Position numbers and translations under genes: made by a program. The notes below the pieces were generated by a model. That model had not been told where the DNA came from. It worked only from the letters and a program-made list of their open reading frames with translations, and did no database searches. Positions 30,394 to 39,887 of a stretch of DNA of 64,000 bases are shown one piece after another; position 1 is the first letter of the stretch; the number at the start of each line of letters is the position of its first letter. The stretch is taken from assembly GCA_041750555.1 (NCBI GenBank), contig JBGSZB010000036.1, forward strand, positions 17,473 to 81,472. The letters run 5' to 3'. The stretch is from Candidatus Dojkabacteria bacterium. GTDB lineage: Bacteria; Patescibacteriota; Dojkabacteria; J137.

Positions 30394-31041
30394 TTAATTA
30401 ATAAATAAGTTTACACTACTACCGTTTTGGAACGTACTATCTGGTAATATACTGATACTACTATTGCTAGCTACTGAGCAGTTAAATGTTTGACCCGATA
30501 CTACAGTCATATTTTGGATAGTAGTACTACCAGAACTACAACTACTTGTTATCTGTAGATAATGATCACCACTAGCTGACCCTCTTTCGTTATAGTTACC
30601 ATCTCCATAATTATAATTCCATTCAGAAATAAATACAGTACCGTTTGTATTTATTTTTTCAACCCACGCAACATGCCCTGCTGAACCTGATCCACCATTA
30701 TTAGCATCCCAGTTTACAGGATTACCAACACTTGGAGTTGTACTTACACTATAACCAATATAACTTGCAGCAGTATCCCAGTTTTCTGCATTCCCCATTT
30801 TTGATGTTAATCCATTTGGACCAGTTGGATTGTTATGGAATGGAACGCCAGCTTGATTTATTTTCCACATAACATAAGAGGTACAGTTTCTTGTATAGGT
30901 ATTCCATTGATCAACCTCATCTTCAGGTGAATCTGCATATGGATAACCAGTTGAATTACTTGGATATTCCCATGCATATATCTTGTTAGGTATTAATACT
31001 GTAAAAAAGACTAAGATTAATATTTTAAATAGATTTTTCAT
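30394..31041 (-). CDS. secreted CHAP-domain protein (putative peptidoglycan amidase/peptidase)
   Basis: Signal peptide. Cys in NCTSYVMWKINQAG and His in GHVAWVEKIN in CHAP-like spacing. Confidence 0.7.
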   Translation of the reverse strand: MKNLFKILILVFFTVLIPNKIYAWEYPSNSTGYPYADSPEDEVDQWNTYTRNCTSYVMWKINQAGVPFHNNPTGPNGLTSKMGNAENWDTAASYIGYSVSTTPSVGNPVNWDANNGGSGSAGHVAWVEKINTNGTVFISEWNYNYGDGNYNERGSASGDHYLQITSSCSSGSTTIQNMTVVSGQTFNCSVASNSSISILPDSTFQNGSSVNLFIN

Positions 31042-31889
31042 AATATTTCGTTAAAATTTAGTTTAAATGTAGTATCTTCAGAATTATTTTCTCTTCTATT
31101 TTCGTCCAACCGTCTAGACACCTTTAATTGATTATCTGAATACTCAATTTTGTCGTAGTTAGGAAGTTTTCCACTTTCATCTATATTAAAAACATTCTTA
31201 GACTTTATTTTTTTACTTACTGTATCGATAATACTTACATCAACTCCCGTTTGTTTACAATTTAAATTTTCACACATACTTCTTGTAGTTAAATAAGCAA
31301 AAGATTTATTGTTTATCCAGCTTCCGCTAGGAGAATATGTTTTATCAACATTTAGCTTTGTTTTCCCTGTATTAATATCTATAAATGATATGTTAGTTTC
31401 TCCAATACTTTGAGCTCTTTCAGCTAAAACAAGAGTTTTTGAATCTGGACTAATAGCTATTGGGAATTTATGATACCCAGAGTTGTCAAATTCTATCTTT
31501 TTGATCACTTTATTATTTTTAAATGAGTATACATAAATATATTTCTCACTTCCCCAGCTTGAAGTTGACTTCTTAGTGTAATAAAAAAGTTTGATTGTCT
31601 TATCTAAAATTCCCTCGTTAAAATTCAATTGCTCTAAAGTATTTCCTTTCGATTTCATATAAACCTTTTCATTTAATAATTGAAATGAATCAGTTTTCGG
31701 ACTATCAACTAAAGGAAAACTTAAAGGATAGCTGCTAACCAACCTATCCTCTAAAGGTACTGATCTATTCTGAGCATAAACTAGTGAACTTAAACTCATT
31801 ATTCCTGTACTCACTACACTTAAAGTTAATAGAGCAGTTAGTGAATACTTAAAATATGGTATCTTCCTCATATTATTTAACATTAACAA
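31038..31889 (-). CDS. secreted beta-propeller-like (TolB-like) protein
   Basis: Signal peptide. Repeat-like segments such as IAISPDSKTLVLAERA. Confidence 0.45.
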   Translation of the reverse strand: MLMLNNMRKIPYFKYSLTALLTLSVVSTGIMSLSSLVYAQNRSVPLEDRLVSSYPLSFPLVDSPKTDSFQLLNEKVYMKSKGNTLEQLNFNEGILDKTIKLFYYTKKSTSSWGSEKYIYVYSFKNNKVIKKIEFDNSGYHKFPIAISPDSKTLVLAERAQSIGETNISFIDINTGKTKLNVDKTYSPSGSWINNKSFAYLTTRSMCENLNCKQTGVDVSIIDTVSKKIKSKNVFNIDESGKLPNYDKIEYSDNQLKVSRRLDENRRENNSEDTTFKLNFNEIL

Positions 31890-32643
31890 ATAAATTCTCT
31901 AATCTCTCGATTCTTTCTAATAACTCACTATTCTCAAGTATAAGATTATTTATCTCTTTCTCTTGATTAATAGTGTATAAAGTTAACTCCTCAATCTTTT
32001 CCATATGCAGTCTCTGCATTTCACCTAAAGATAATCCTTCACTTCCAATCTCCTTTGCATCAGGAATGTTAGGTAAGTGATTAAACTCACTTATATATTT
32101 CTCAACATCACTTAAACTCATTAAATTGTAATTATCATCAAAAACATAATCTGGCCATGAAGCTGCATTACTTGTTACTAATACTTCTTTAGCTTGTACA
32201 GTCCCATAAACTGATAGCTTTAAATTAGCTCCAACATTAGACGATTTCATTACAATATTTCTCCAGGGAGACAGTAATAGATCTCCTCCACATCCTGCGC
32301 AACCTGAATATGACCCTGCAGGTTGTTCTATGGCAAGTCCATAACTACCTAGTAGTGAGTGACCATATGGATAAGTTCTAATATTCCAGTATCTATTACT
32401 TACGTGTTCTAATCTCATATGAGTATATTTGGCATTAGCATCGTTTCCTCCTTTTGTTTGTAACTTAACATTTGCTTCAGGGACATTTGTACCAATACCC
32501 ACAGCTCCATTGTTATAGTAGATTGCATAACCATTATAGTTCCATGGGAAGTCACCAAGTGCTGCGTGTGCTATTTCTGGTTTAAGTCCTACTAATGCTA
32601 TAAATATAGCAAACCCTATTAGTCCTAACCTTTTAATTTTCAT
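31873..32643 (-). CDS. secreted tail-fibre-like protein, paralog 1
   Basis: Sec signal peptide. GIGTNVPEA-type N-terminal repeat. Conserved C-terminal module WPDYVFDDNYNLMSLSDVEKYISEFNHLPNIP...LSLGEMQRL..KIEELTLYTINQEKEIN followed by a coiled coil. Confidence 0.55.
   Translation of the reverse strand: MKIKRLGLIGFAIFIALVGLKPEIAHAALGDFPWNYNGYAIYYNNGAVGIGTNVPEANVKLQTKGGNDANAKYTHMRLEHVSNRYWNIRTYPYGHSLLGSYGLAIEQPAGSYSGCAGCGGDLLLSPWRNIVMKSSNVGANLKLSVYGTVQAKEVLVTSNAASWPDYVFDDNYNLMSLSDVEKYISEFNHLPNIPDAKEIGSEGLSLGEMQRLHMEKIEELTLYTINQEKEINNLILENSELLERIERLENLFVNVK
31950..32165. repeat. ~215-bp repeat (copy 1) encoding the shared C-terminal fibre domain
   Basis: About 85-90% nt identity with 32730..32945. 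Confidence 0.7.
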
Positions 32644-32685
32644 GCTTACATATTAAAAAATAAAATAGTTTTTCAATGTTAATAT

Positions 32686-33525
32686 TCACTTTAATTTTTG
32701 GATTAAATAATTTACTTTATCTTTTAATTCGTTAATCTCTTTCTCTTGATTAATAGTATAAAGCGTTAATTCTTCAATCTTTTCCATTTGTAATCTTTGC
32801 ATATCTCCTAAAGATAATCCTTCAGCTTCAACTGCTGTAGCGTTAGGAATGTTTGGTAAATGATTAAACTCACTAATATATTTCTCAACATCACTTAAAC
32901 TCATTAAATTGTAATTATTATCAAATACGTAGTCAGGCCAATTACTTGAATTTAAATTAACTCTAACTTCTCTAGCATAAAGAGCATTGTTAGTTATCTT
33001 AACTCTTGTTACATCGTCAGTTACAAATTCAAAACTATCTCCTGTAGTAAATTTCCATGTACCAGTACCCGCTCCTCCTGCAACTCTTGAAACTGACATT
33101 GTTCTTCCATCATTGTTTTTTAAAGTCAGAATTTCGCCATTGTTAATTAAGTTAGTACGACCTTTAATAGTTGTAAGTCCATTATTCATATCAACATTTA
33201 AAAACTCACTCCCTATTCTATTTCTAACAATAAAGTTTTTAGTGTTACTTCCAGGATTAGCTAATCTTCCAACATATACCTTACTATTTACTTCATCTAC
33301 AAAGATTTGACCTTGAGTTGTACCACTTGGTTTAGATCCAACATCTAAAAGTCCACTAGGAGAATTATTACCAATTCCAATGTTGCCCTCGTTATAGAAG
33401 ATGTTAGATCCTGAACTAGACCAGCTTCCTGGGGCTGAGAGTATAGGAGTAGTAAATGAATTAAAAAGTGTAACTGTAACTATAAACACACCTAGACTAT
33501 ATAGTAATTTATTTCTCATAAACAT
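32686..33525 (-). CDS. secreted tail-fibre-like protein, paralog 2
   Basis: Same architecture. The C-terminal ~70 aa are about 85% identical to paralog 1. Confidence 0.55.
   Translation of the reverse strand: MFMRNKLLYSLGVFIVTVTLFNSFTTPILSAPGSWSSSGSNIFYNEGNIGIGNNSPSGLLDVGSKPSGTTQGQIFVDEVNSKVYVGRLANPGSNTKNFIVRNRIGSEFLNVDMNNGLTTIKGRTNLINNGEILTLKNNDGRTMSVSRVAGGAGTGTWKFTTGDSFEFVTDDVTRVKITNNALYAREVRVNLNSSNWPDYVFDNNYNLMSLSDVEKYISEFNHLPNIPNATAVEAEGLSLGDMQRLQMEKIEELTLYTINQEKEINELKDKVNYLIQKLK
32730..32945. repeat. ~215-bp repeat (copy 2)
   Basis: See copy 1. Confidence 0.7.
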
Positions 33526-33572
33526 TAATTAAAAATTATTAATTCCAGTATTGAGTTTTTAATATTTTTCAA

Positions 33573-33592
33573 CAATGTATAGGAATACATTG
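33573..33592. promoter_or_regulatory. operator-like dyad CAATGTAT-agga-ATACATTG (TGTAT-N4-ATACA), about 50 bp upstream of the fibre/CHAP operon
   Basis: Perfect 8-4-8 inverted repeat in the divergent intergenic region 33526..33711. Confidence 0.45.
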
Positions 33593-33711
33593 ACAATGTA
33601 AGAAGTAGGTGAGATATCTATTGGTTAGTAAAGAATTAATATACTTTTAATAAATAAATATTTCTATAGGGTAAATATTCATAATATAATTAAGTAGTTA
33701 ATAAAAATTTT

Positions 33712-34128
33712 ATGGCTAAAACTGACGTTAAAACTGTAAAAAACAATAATTCAGTATTAGAGTTTTTAAATAGTATTAAGGATTCTAAAAGGCGAGAGGA
33801 TGGTTTAAAACTATTAAAAATATTTAATGAAGTTTTAAATGATAACCCTAAAATGTGGGGAGATAGTATGGTTGGATATGGAAATTACCATTACAAATAT
33901 GTAACTGGAAGAGAAGGGGATATGTTTAAAGTTGGGTTTTCTCCTAGAAAACAATATTTAAGTATATATACAATGGGGTATACCGATATGGGTGATTTGT
34001 TAAATAAGTTAGGTAAACATAAGTTAGCTAAAGCATGCTTATACATTAAAGATTTAAATGATATTGATATTAATGTATTAAAAGAAATTATTAAAAGAGG
34101 TTGGGATATGATGGAAATGAGGTACTAA
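33712..34128 (+). CDS. DUF1801 (YdhG-like) domain protein
   Basis: WGDSMVGYGNYHYKY..GREGDMFKVGFSPRKQYLSIY matches the DUF1801 pattern as recalled. Confidence 0.55.
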   Translation: MAKTDVKTVKNNNSVLEFLNSIKDSKRREDGLKLLKIFNEVLNDNPKMWGDSMVGYGNYHYKYVTGREGDMFKVGFSPRKQYLSIYTMGYTDMGDLLNKLGKHKLAKACLYIKDLNDIDINVLKEIIKRGWDMMEMRY

Positions 34129-34170
34129 ACATCTATTATTATAAATGGTAGTATATATTATTAACATTTT

Positions 34171-35193
34171 ATGGATAATCAAAATCCCACTCCAACTAAT
34201 GTAACTCCTGTAGAGAAACCCCTAGATATTACAGAGCAACCAACTAGTTTAGAACCCCTAAATACACCTGTAAGTGAAGTGAAACCTGTTGAAAATATTC
34301 CAACACCTGTAAGTGGTGTTAAACCAGTAGTAAATGAAGTTCTACCAACACCACCAGTTAGTGAAAAAAGTGGGGGTAATGGTAAGAATAAGGTGTTGTT
34401 TATAGTTATTGCAGTTGTTATTGTTTTACTAGTGACCATTGGAGCAATTATTGCTTATCTGTTATTAAATAATTCTAATAGTGCAAATAACGCAAGTAAT
34501 AATACAAGTAATACCGATACTAATAATAGTAATGATACTGATGTTGAAAATGATGATACAGATGTAGATAGTGATAATGCAAGTGATCAATTACCTGATA
34601 GTGATGAAAATGTAGATGATGTTTGTGAAGTTAATAATTACACCACAGCAGATTATCCTGATTTTAATTTTGATTATGATTGTAATTGGGAATTAGTAGA
34701 AGATGAAGTAACAGAGGTTACAGATGATATATTTACAGATGGAGTAGCATACAATAAACATCAAATTACTTTAAGGAAAGATAATAGTGAATTATTCTTT
34801 ACAATTAATAAAGTTATTTGGGAAGGATATCCTAGTTGTGCTAATGATGAATTTGAAATTTTAAGTCCTACACTAACTAGAATTGATAGTGGTGCCCGAA
34901 TGGGTAATACTTTATACAGCTATATTGGTAGAGTAGATTTACCAGGAAGTAGTGATTATGAAGAAACACTTGATATTTGGTATCCAGAAGATGTTGAAGA
35001 ATTTGCTTACTGTGGTTTAATTACAATTCCTTTTGGAACAGAATCTAGTGTTGTTTCTGAAAGTGATACAGGTATTCCATTAGGTCAAGCATTTAATATG
35101 ATTGTTAATGTTGAATTAGCTATAGATAATAGTGATGATATGACTGAAGTATTAGAGATGGCTGATTTAGTTGTATTAAGTATGGAGAATTAA
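34171..35193 (+). CDS. membrane-anchored acidic (Asp/Asn-rich) protein with Pro/Thr-rich N-terminus
   Basis: A single TM helix (VLFIVIAVVIVLLVTIGAIIAYLLL). Low-complexity N/D/S linker and a Cys-containing C-terminal domain. Confidence 0.4.
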   Translation: MDNQNPTPTNVTPVEKPLDITEQPTSLEPLNTPVSEVKPVENIPTPVSGVKPVVNEVLPTPPVSEKSGGNGKNKVLFIVIAVVIVLLVTIGAIIAYLLLNNSNSANNASNNTSNTDTNNSNDTDVENDDTDVDSDNASDQLPDSDENVDDVCEVNNYTTADYPDFNFDYDCNWELVEDEVTEVTDDIFTDGVAYNKHQITLRKDNSELFFTINKVIWEGYPSCANDEFEILSPTLTRIDSGARMGNTLYSYIGRVDLPGSSDYEETLDIWYPEDVEEFAYCGLITIPFGTESSVVSESDTGIPLGQAFNMIVNVELAIDNSDDMTEVLEMADLVVLSMEN

Positions 35194-35702
35194 TAGTTAT
35201 TATCTATACTATTTAAAGCATGAACTAATTCAGGTAAGTGATCCACGTTAAAGTGAGAGATATCATTTTGAAGAGTTGTAACTGCACTATATCTATTTTC
35301 AGGACCAAATTGAATTTTTAAATCTTGTTCATTCAATGACTTGTATAGCTCTATTAAGTCTATACAGCTTTGTCTAAATTCGTTATATACTTCATTCCAA
35401 GTTAAATCCCTTCTAAGCTTAACTTGTTGATCATTAAATTCATTAATTTCTTCATCACTACTTATCCATCTTTCTATCTCTTCCCCAGCAATAGCTTTTT
35501 CTATATCTTGAATTGTTAAATTATTCCACCCACTAAAGTGAGCTAATAAATCTTTTAAACTCCATTCTCCAAATAAAGGGATTTCTCTTTTCTCAATAGG
35601 AAAGCTATTAATTATTACAAAATATCTTTGCATTACATACCCTAACTGATAAATCTCTTCATTTACTCTATCTAAACTATTTGTAGGTATATCTAAATGC
35701 AT
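35190..35702 (-). CDS. ClbS/DfsB-like (DUF1706) four-helix-bundle protein
   Basis: WSLKDLLAHFSGWNNL resembles the ClbS family signature (DLVSYLLGWN). Assignment from memory. Confidence 0.4.
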   Translation of the reverse strand: MHLDIPTNSLDRVNEEIYQLGYVMQRYFVIINSFPIEKREIPLFGEWSLKDLLAHFSGWNNLTIQDIEKAIAGEEIERWISSDEEINEFNDQQVKLRRDLTWNEVYNEFRQSCIDLIELYKSLNEQDLKIQFGPENRYSAVTTLQNDISHFNVDHLPELVHALNSIDNNY

Positions 35703-35880
35703 ATATTAATATTAATTAATGGATTTTAACTTTAAATTAATAAAATTGTCCATTTATATTAAAGAATATATAATATTGTAGTTATCTTAAAGAAATGAGA
35801 GGTAATGTTTCTAAAAGAGAAGAAGGTTAATTCCGATTCTCTCAGTGGTCTGAGTAAATTCAGATCACTGTTTAATTACA

Positions 35881-36510
35881 TTAAAGATTATTGTTTGGCA
35901 ATGGTATTTTCTCTCTAGAAATATAATTAATGTATTCCTCACCTAGTCTTGTTAAAAATACTTTGTTATCTGTAATTTCTAAAACTTTAGTTGCTTTTAA
36001 AAATTCTAAATACGTAGAGAAATCCCAATCGAAAGGGCTTTGCCCAAGCTTTGTTTTCAAAAAATAATTGTTAACAAACTGAATATTTATAGACTTAGTG
36101 TTAGATTGCCATATAAGTTTAAGAAGATTGAATTGTGAGTCAAAAATAAAATTATGAATAAATTCAAAATGTAATTTCAGTTCTGCTACATTAGCCTTAA
36201 GCTTAAAGTCATTTCTTTCAATTTCAACGGTGGTTAATGCCTTAAGTGCAGCTTTAAAATCATTACTATCTTGATTAATAATTTCTGAGGGATTTCTATC
36301 AATTTCTTTCTGTTTATTTATCTCAATTTCTACACCACCAGGTAGTTTAGCTTTTAATTCATAGATATATTTTGAAAAATATGATAAAAAACTTATTATA
36401 TGTTTCTTGAAGACTAATGCTAACAAAACCACCACTAAAGGCCACACCACTATTGCACAGAAGGAAATAAATGAAGAAGTTGTAAACTTAAAAATTTCTA
36501 AAATATCCAT
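35881..36510 (-). CDS. hypothetical membrane protein
   Basis: N-terminal TM helix. Immediately adjacent to the tRNA-Gly 3' end. Confidence 0.4.
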   Translation of the reverse strand: MDILEIFKFTTSSFISFCAIVVWPLVVVLLALVFKKHIISFLSYFSKYIYELKAKLPGGVEIEINKQKEIDRNPSEIINQDSNDFKAALKALTTVEIERNDFKLKANVAELKLHFEFIHNFIFDSQFNLLKLIWQSNTKSINIQFVNNYFLKTKLGQSPFDWDFSTYLEFLKATKVLEITDNKVFLTRLGEEYINYISREKIPLPNNNL

Positions 36511-36527
36511 TCCATCTAAATTAACTT

Positions 36528-36599
36528 AGCGGGTAGCGGGAATCGAACCCGCCTCATCAGTTTGGAAAACTGGCATAATAACCGATATACTATACCCGC
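36528..36599 (-). tRNA. tRNA-Gly (anticodon UCC), no encoded CCA
   Basis: Reverse-complement reads GCGGGTATAGTATATCGGTTATTATGCCAGTTTTCCAAACTGATGAGGCGGGTTCGATTCCCGCTACCCGCT. The anticodon loop is TTTCCAA. The T-arm GGTTCGATTCC and the acceptor stem match bacterial glyT-type tRNA. Confidence 0.85.
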
Positions 36600-36711
36600 A
36601 TGTCTGTAATTATATTACATTCGTTACATTCAGTAAACACATATCTTATAGTAATAATTAAAATTTAAAATATAAACATCTGATATAATCAATTTGATTT
36701 AAATAGCTTCT

Positions 36712-38481
36712 ATGAATAACTATACTTGGAATTTAGAACAGATATTAAAAACAAAAGACTTCAATAAAAATTTAAAAATATTAGAAACTAAAGCAAATAA
36801 ATTTATTAAAAAATGGAATCCTAAACTTGATAATGGATATAGAGATGATTATTTAAAAGACCCTAAAATATTAAAAGTTGCTTTAGATGAATATGAACAA
36901 TGGTTAACTAGTGGAGGAAGCTTTGGAGATATAGGTTACTATTACAGTTTAAGTACAAGCTTAGATCAGAATAATAGTGAATTAAAAGCTAAGTTTAATA
37001 AAATATATAAAGTAGCATTAAAAATAGATAATGATATATCTTTCTTTTTACATAAGGTAAGTAAAATTGATAAAAAGTTACAATCAATATTCTTAAAAGA
37101 TAAAACTTTAAGTGAATATAAACATCTTTTAGAAAATATATTTAAGGAATCTCGTTATTTATTAAGTGAAGATGAAGAAAAGATATTAAATATTAGTTCT
37201 AAAACTTCATATAGTAATTGGGTAGATTTAACACAAAGTTTACTATCTAAATCTCAAAGACCATTACTTACAGAAAAGGGTGTAATAATTGAGAATTATT
37301 CTGGAATAGTTAATAAACTAGATGATAGTAATAGAAAGTATAGAGAGAGTGCTAGGGATTGTTTAAATGATATTTATGAATCATTAATAGATGTAGGAGA
37401 GCATGAAATAAATAGCGTATTAGAATACAAACAATTAAGTGATAATTTAAGAGGTTTTAAACGAAGTGATGAGAGTAGACACTTAAGTGATGACATAGAT
37501 ACAAATGTTGTTGATAGCTTAATTGAGAGTGTAACTAAAAACTTTGATATTTCTAAAAAGTATTATGAACTTAAAGCTTCTGAATTGAATTTAAAATATT
37601 TAAGATATTTTGAGAGAAATATTAAAACTGGTACATTAGATACTAAATATACTATTGAAGAAACTTATGAGATTTTAAGAAATGTATTTAATAAATTATC
37701 ACCTAAATACAAAGAGATATTAAATTCATTTATTAGGGAAGAAAGAATTGATGTTTATCCTAAAAAAGATAAAGCTAGTGGTGCATTCTGTAGCTATAAC
37801 TCTAAAAAGAATAAGCCATTTATACTTTTAAACTTTGAGGGTAAGATTCGGGATATAACAACACTAGCTCATGAAATGGGGCATGGAATTCATTTTACTT
37901 TAATGTCTAAACAAAACTCTTTAAACTATGGAGCACCTATGTCTACTGCTGAAGTTGCTAGTACATTTTTTGAAGATTTTGTAATTGAACATTTAAGTAA
38001 TAACTTAGATATAGCTGATAAAAAAGTTTTAATGTTTGAAAGAGTTAATGATGTAATAGCAACTATTCAAAGACAAGTATCTTTCTATAATTTTGAAATT
38101 GATTTACATAATAGCTTTAAAGAGTTAGGTTACTTATCTCAAAAACAAATTGGAGAGATATTTATTAAAAATATTAAAGCATACTTAGGAGATAGCGTTG
38201 TAATAGAAGAAGGAAACGAAAATTGGTGGATGGGTATTACTCATATTAGAAACTATTTCTATGTTTATTCTTATGCTTCTGGATTATTAATTTCTAAAGC
38301 ACTACAAAGTTATGTGAGAGCTGACCCTAACTTTATTAATGATGTAACTAAGTTCTTTGAATCGGGATCATCATTATCTCCTAAAGATATATTTAATAAA
38401 TTAGGTATAAATATTTCAGATAATAAATTCTGGTTAGATGGATTAAATTTAATTAGAGAGGATATTAAGTTATTAGAATAA
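36712..38481 (+). CDS. pepF: oligoendopeptidase F (M3B family)
   Basis: HEMGHGIH zinc motif. 589 aa. Confidence 0.8.
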   Translation: MNNYTWNLEQILKTKDFNKNLKILETKANKFIKKWNPKLDNGYRDDYLKDPKILKVALDEYEQWLTSGGSFGDIGYYYSLSTSLDQNNSELKAKFNKIYKVALKIDNDISFFLHKVSKIDKKLQSIFLKDKTLSEYKHLLENIFKESRYLLSEDEEKILNISSKTSYSNWVDLTQSLLSKSQRPLLTEKGVIIENYSGIVNKLDDSNRKYRESARDCLNDIYESLIDVGEHEINSVLEYKQLSDNLRGFKRSDESRHLSDDIDTNVVDSLIESVTKNFDISKKYYELKASELNLKYLRYFERNIKTGTLDTKYTIEETYEILRNVFNKLSPKYKEILNSFIREERIDVYPKKDKASGAFCSYNSKKNKPFILLNFEGKIRDITTLAHEMGHGIHFTLMSKQNSLNYGAPMSTAEVASTFFEDFVIEHLSNNLDIADKKVLMFERVNDVIATIQRQVSFYNFEIDLHNSFKELGYLSQKQIGEIFIKNIKAYLGDSVVIEEGNENWWMGITHIRNYFYVYSYASGLLISKALQSYVRADPNFINDVTKFFESGSSLSPKDIFNKLGINISDNKFWLDGLNLIREDIKLLE

Positions 38482-38485
38482 CATT

Positions 38486-38920
38486 ATGGGATTTTATACA
38501 AAAAGAGTTTCTATAAGACATCTTCCTTATGAAAAAATAAGTGGAGAAATTTTCAGAAAAGATTCTAGGGATAGAGAAGGCTCTGGAAGATATGGAGATA
38601 GTGCCTCTAAAGTTAAGTACGGCATTGATGAGAAATTAGAACTTGAACAACGTAGAATAAAAGCTATAGAAGATAGTTTTGTAGATTTAGAATCATTGAG
38701 AAATGTCGTAAAGATTTTGTCGGCTATTGTTTTAAAGATTGGTACAATTATCCCAATGTCTATCCTGAAAACTTATAATTTGGAACAAGAAGAGATTGCT
38801 GAATCTTTAGAATGTTTAAGTGAATTAGGCTTTTTAGATTATGATGAAGCTTCAGGATGTATTAAGTTTAGTATAACTAAATCTGAGGCAGCTTATTTTT
38901 TAAATCTTGCAGAAAGTTAG
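38486..38920 (+). CDS. hypothetical protein
   Basis: 144-aa ORF 4 nt after the pepF stop. Confidence 0.35.
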   Translation: MGFYTKRVSIRHLPYEKISGEIFRKDSRDREGSGRYGDSASKVKYGIDEKLELEQRRIKAIEDSFVDLESLRNVVKILSAIVLKIGTIIPMSILKTYNLEQEEIAESLECLSELGFLDYDEASGCIKFSITKSEAAYFLNLAES

Positions 38921-38959
38921 TACTTTGTAATATATTGGGGTGTATAATCAAATTACTCT

Positions 38960-39886
38960 ATGATAAAAATAAATAACATAACAAAAAAATATAACGAACT
39001 AATTGCAGTAGATGATTTAAGTTTAGAGATAAATAAAGGAGAAGTAATAGGATTACTTGGTCCTAATGGAGCTGGTAAATCAACTACTATGAAATTAATA
39101 AGTGGATTCTTAATACCAGATAGCGGAGAAATATTAGTTGATGGAGTAAGTATAGTAAGTAATCCATTAGAAATTAAAAAAAGATTAGGGTATATGCCTG
39201 AAAACAATCCATTGTATAAAGAATTAAGAGTAGTAGATGTATTAAAAAATGCTCTACAAGTTCATCAGGTATCTATTGAATTACACAGTGAATATATAGA
39301 TTATGCAGTTAAAGTAACTGGTTTAGAAAATGTATATTTTAAAAATATTTCAGAATTATCAAAAGGATATAAACAAAGAGTGGGAATTGCATTAAGTTTA
39401 ATACATAAACCAGATATATTAATTTTAGATGAACCAACAGAAGGTTTAGATCCTAATCAAAGATCAGAAATTAGAAAATTAATTAAAGATTTAGGTAAAA
39501 ATAAAACAGTAATAATAAGTACACATGTAATGCAGGAGGTAGAAGCAATGTGTAGTAGGGTTGTAATAATAAATAAGGGTAAATTAATTTATGATGATTC
39601 AATTTCAAAACTATCTAAGGGTAACCATAAAAAAACAACAATTGAAGTTAGTGGTGAAGTATTAAATAAAAAATTAACTAAAGAAGAGATATTAATTGAT
39701 AAAAGTGATGATATTAATTTAGAAATTAGTAAAACTAATAAATTTAAATTAGAGATTTCTACAAAGAAACAAAAAGAATCTGTTTTAAATTTAAATAACT
39801 TAATAAAAAATGGAAAGATACTAATAGAGGAATTAAACATTAAAAAATATGATCTTGAAGAAGTATTTAAAGAATTAACAAAATAA
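38960..39886 (+). CDS. ABC transporter ATP-binding protein (GldA-like)
   Basis: Walker A GPNGAGKST. Signature LSKGYKQRVGIA. Walker B ILILDEPTEGLD. Confidence 0.8.
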   Translation: MIKINNITKKYNELIAVDDLSLEINKGEVIGLLGPNGAGKSTTMKLISGFLIPDSGEILVDGVSIVSNPLEIKKRLGYMPENNPLYKELRVVDVLKNALQVHQVSIELHSEYIDYAVKVTGLENVYFKNISELSKGYKQRVGIALSLIHKPDILILDEPTEGLDPNQRSEIRKLIKDLGKNKTVIISTHVMQEVEAMCSRVVIINKGKLIYDDSISKLSKGNHKKTTIEVSGEVLNKKLTKEEILIDKSDDINLEISKTNKFKLEISTKKQKESVLNLNNLIKNGKILIEELNIKKYDLEEVFKELTK

Positions 39887-39887
39887 T

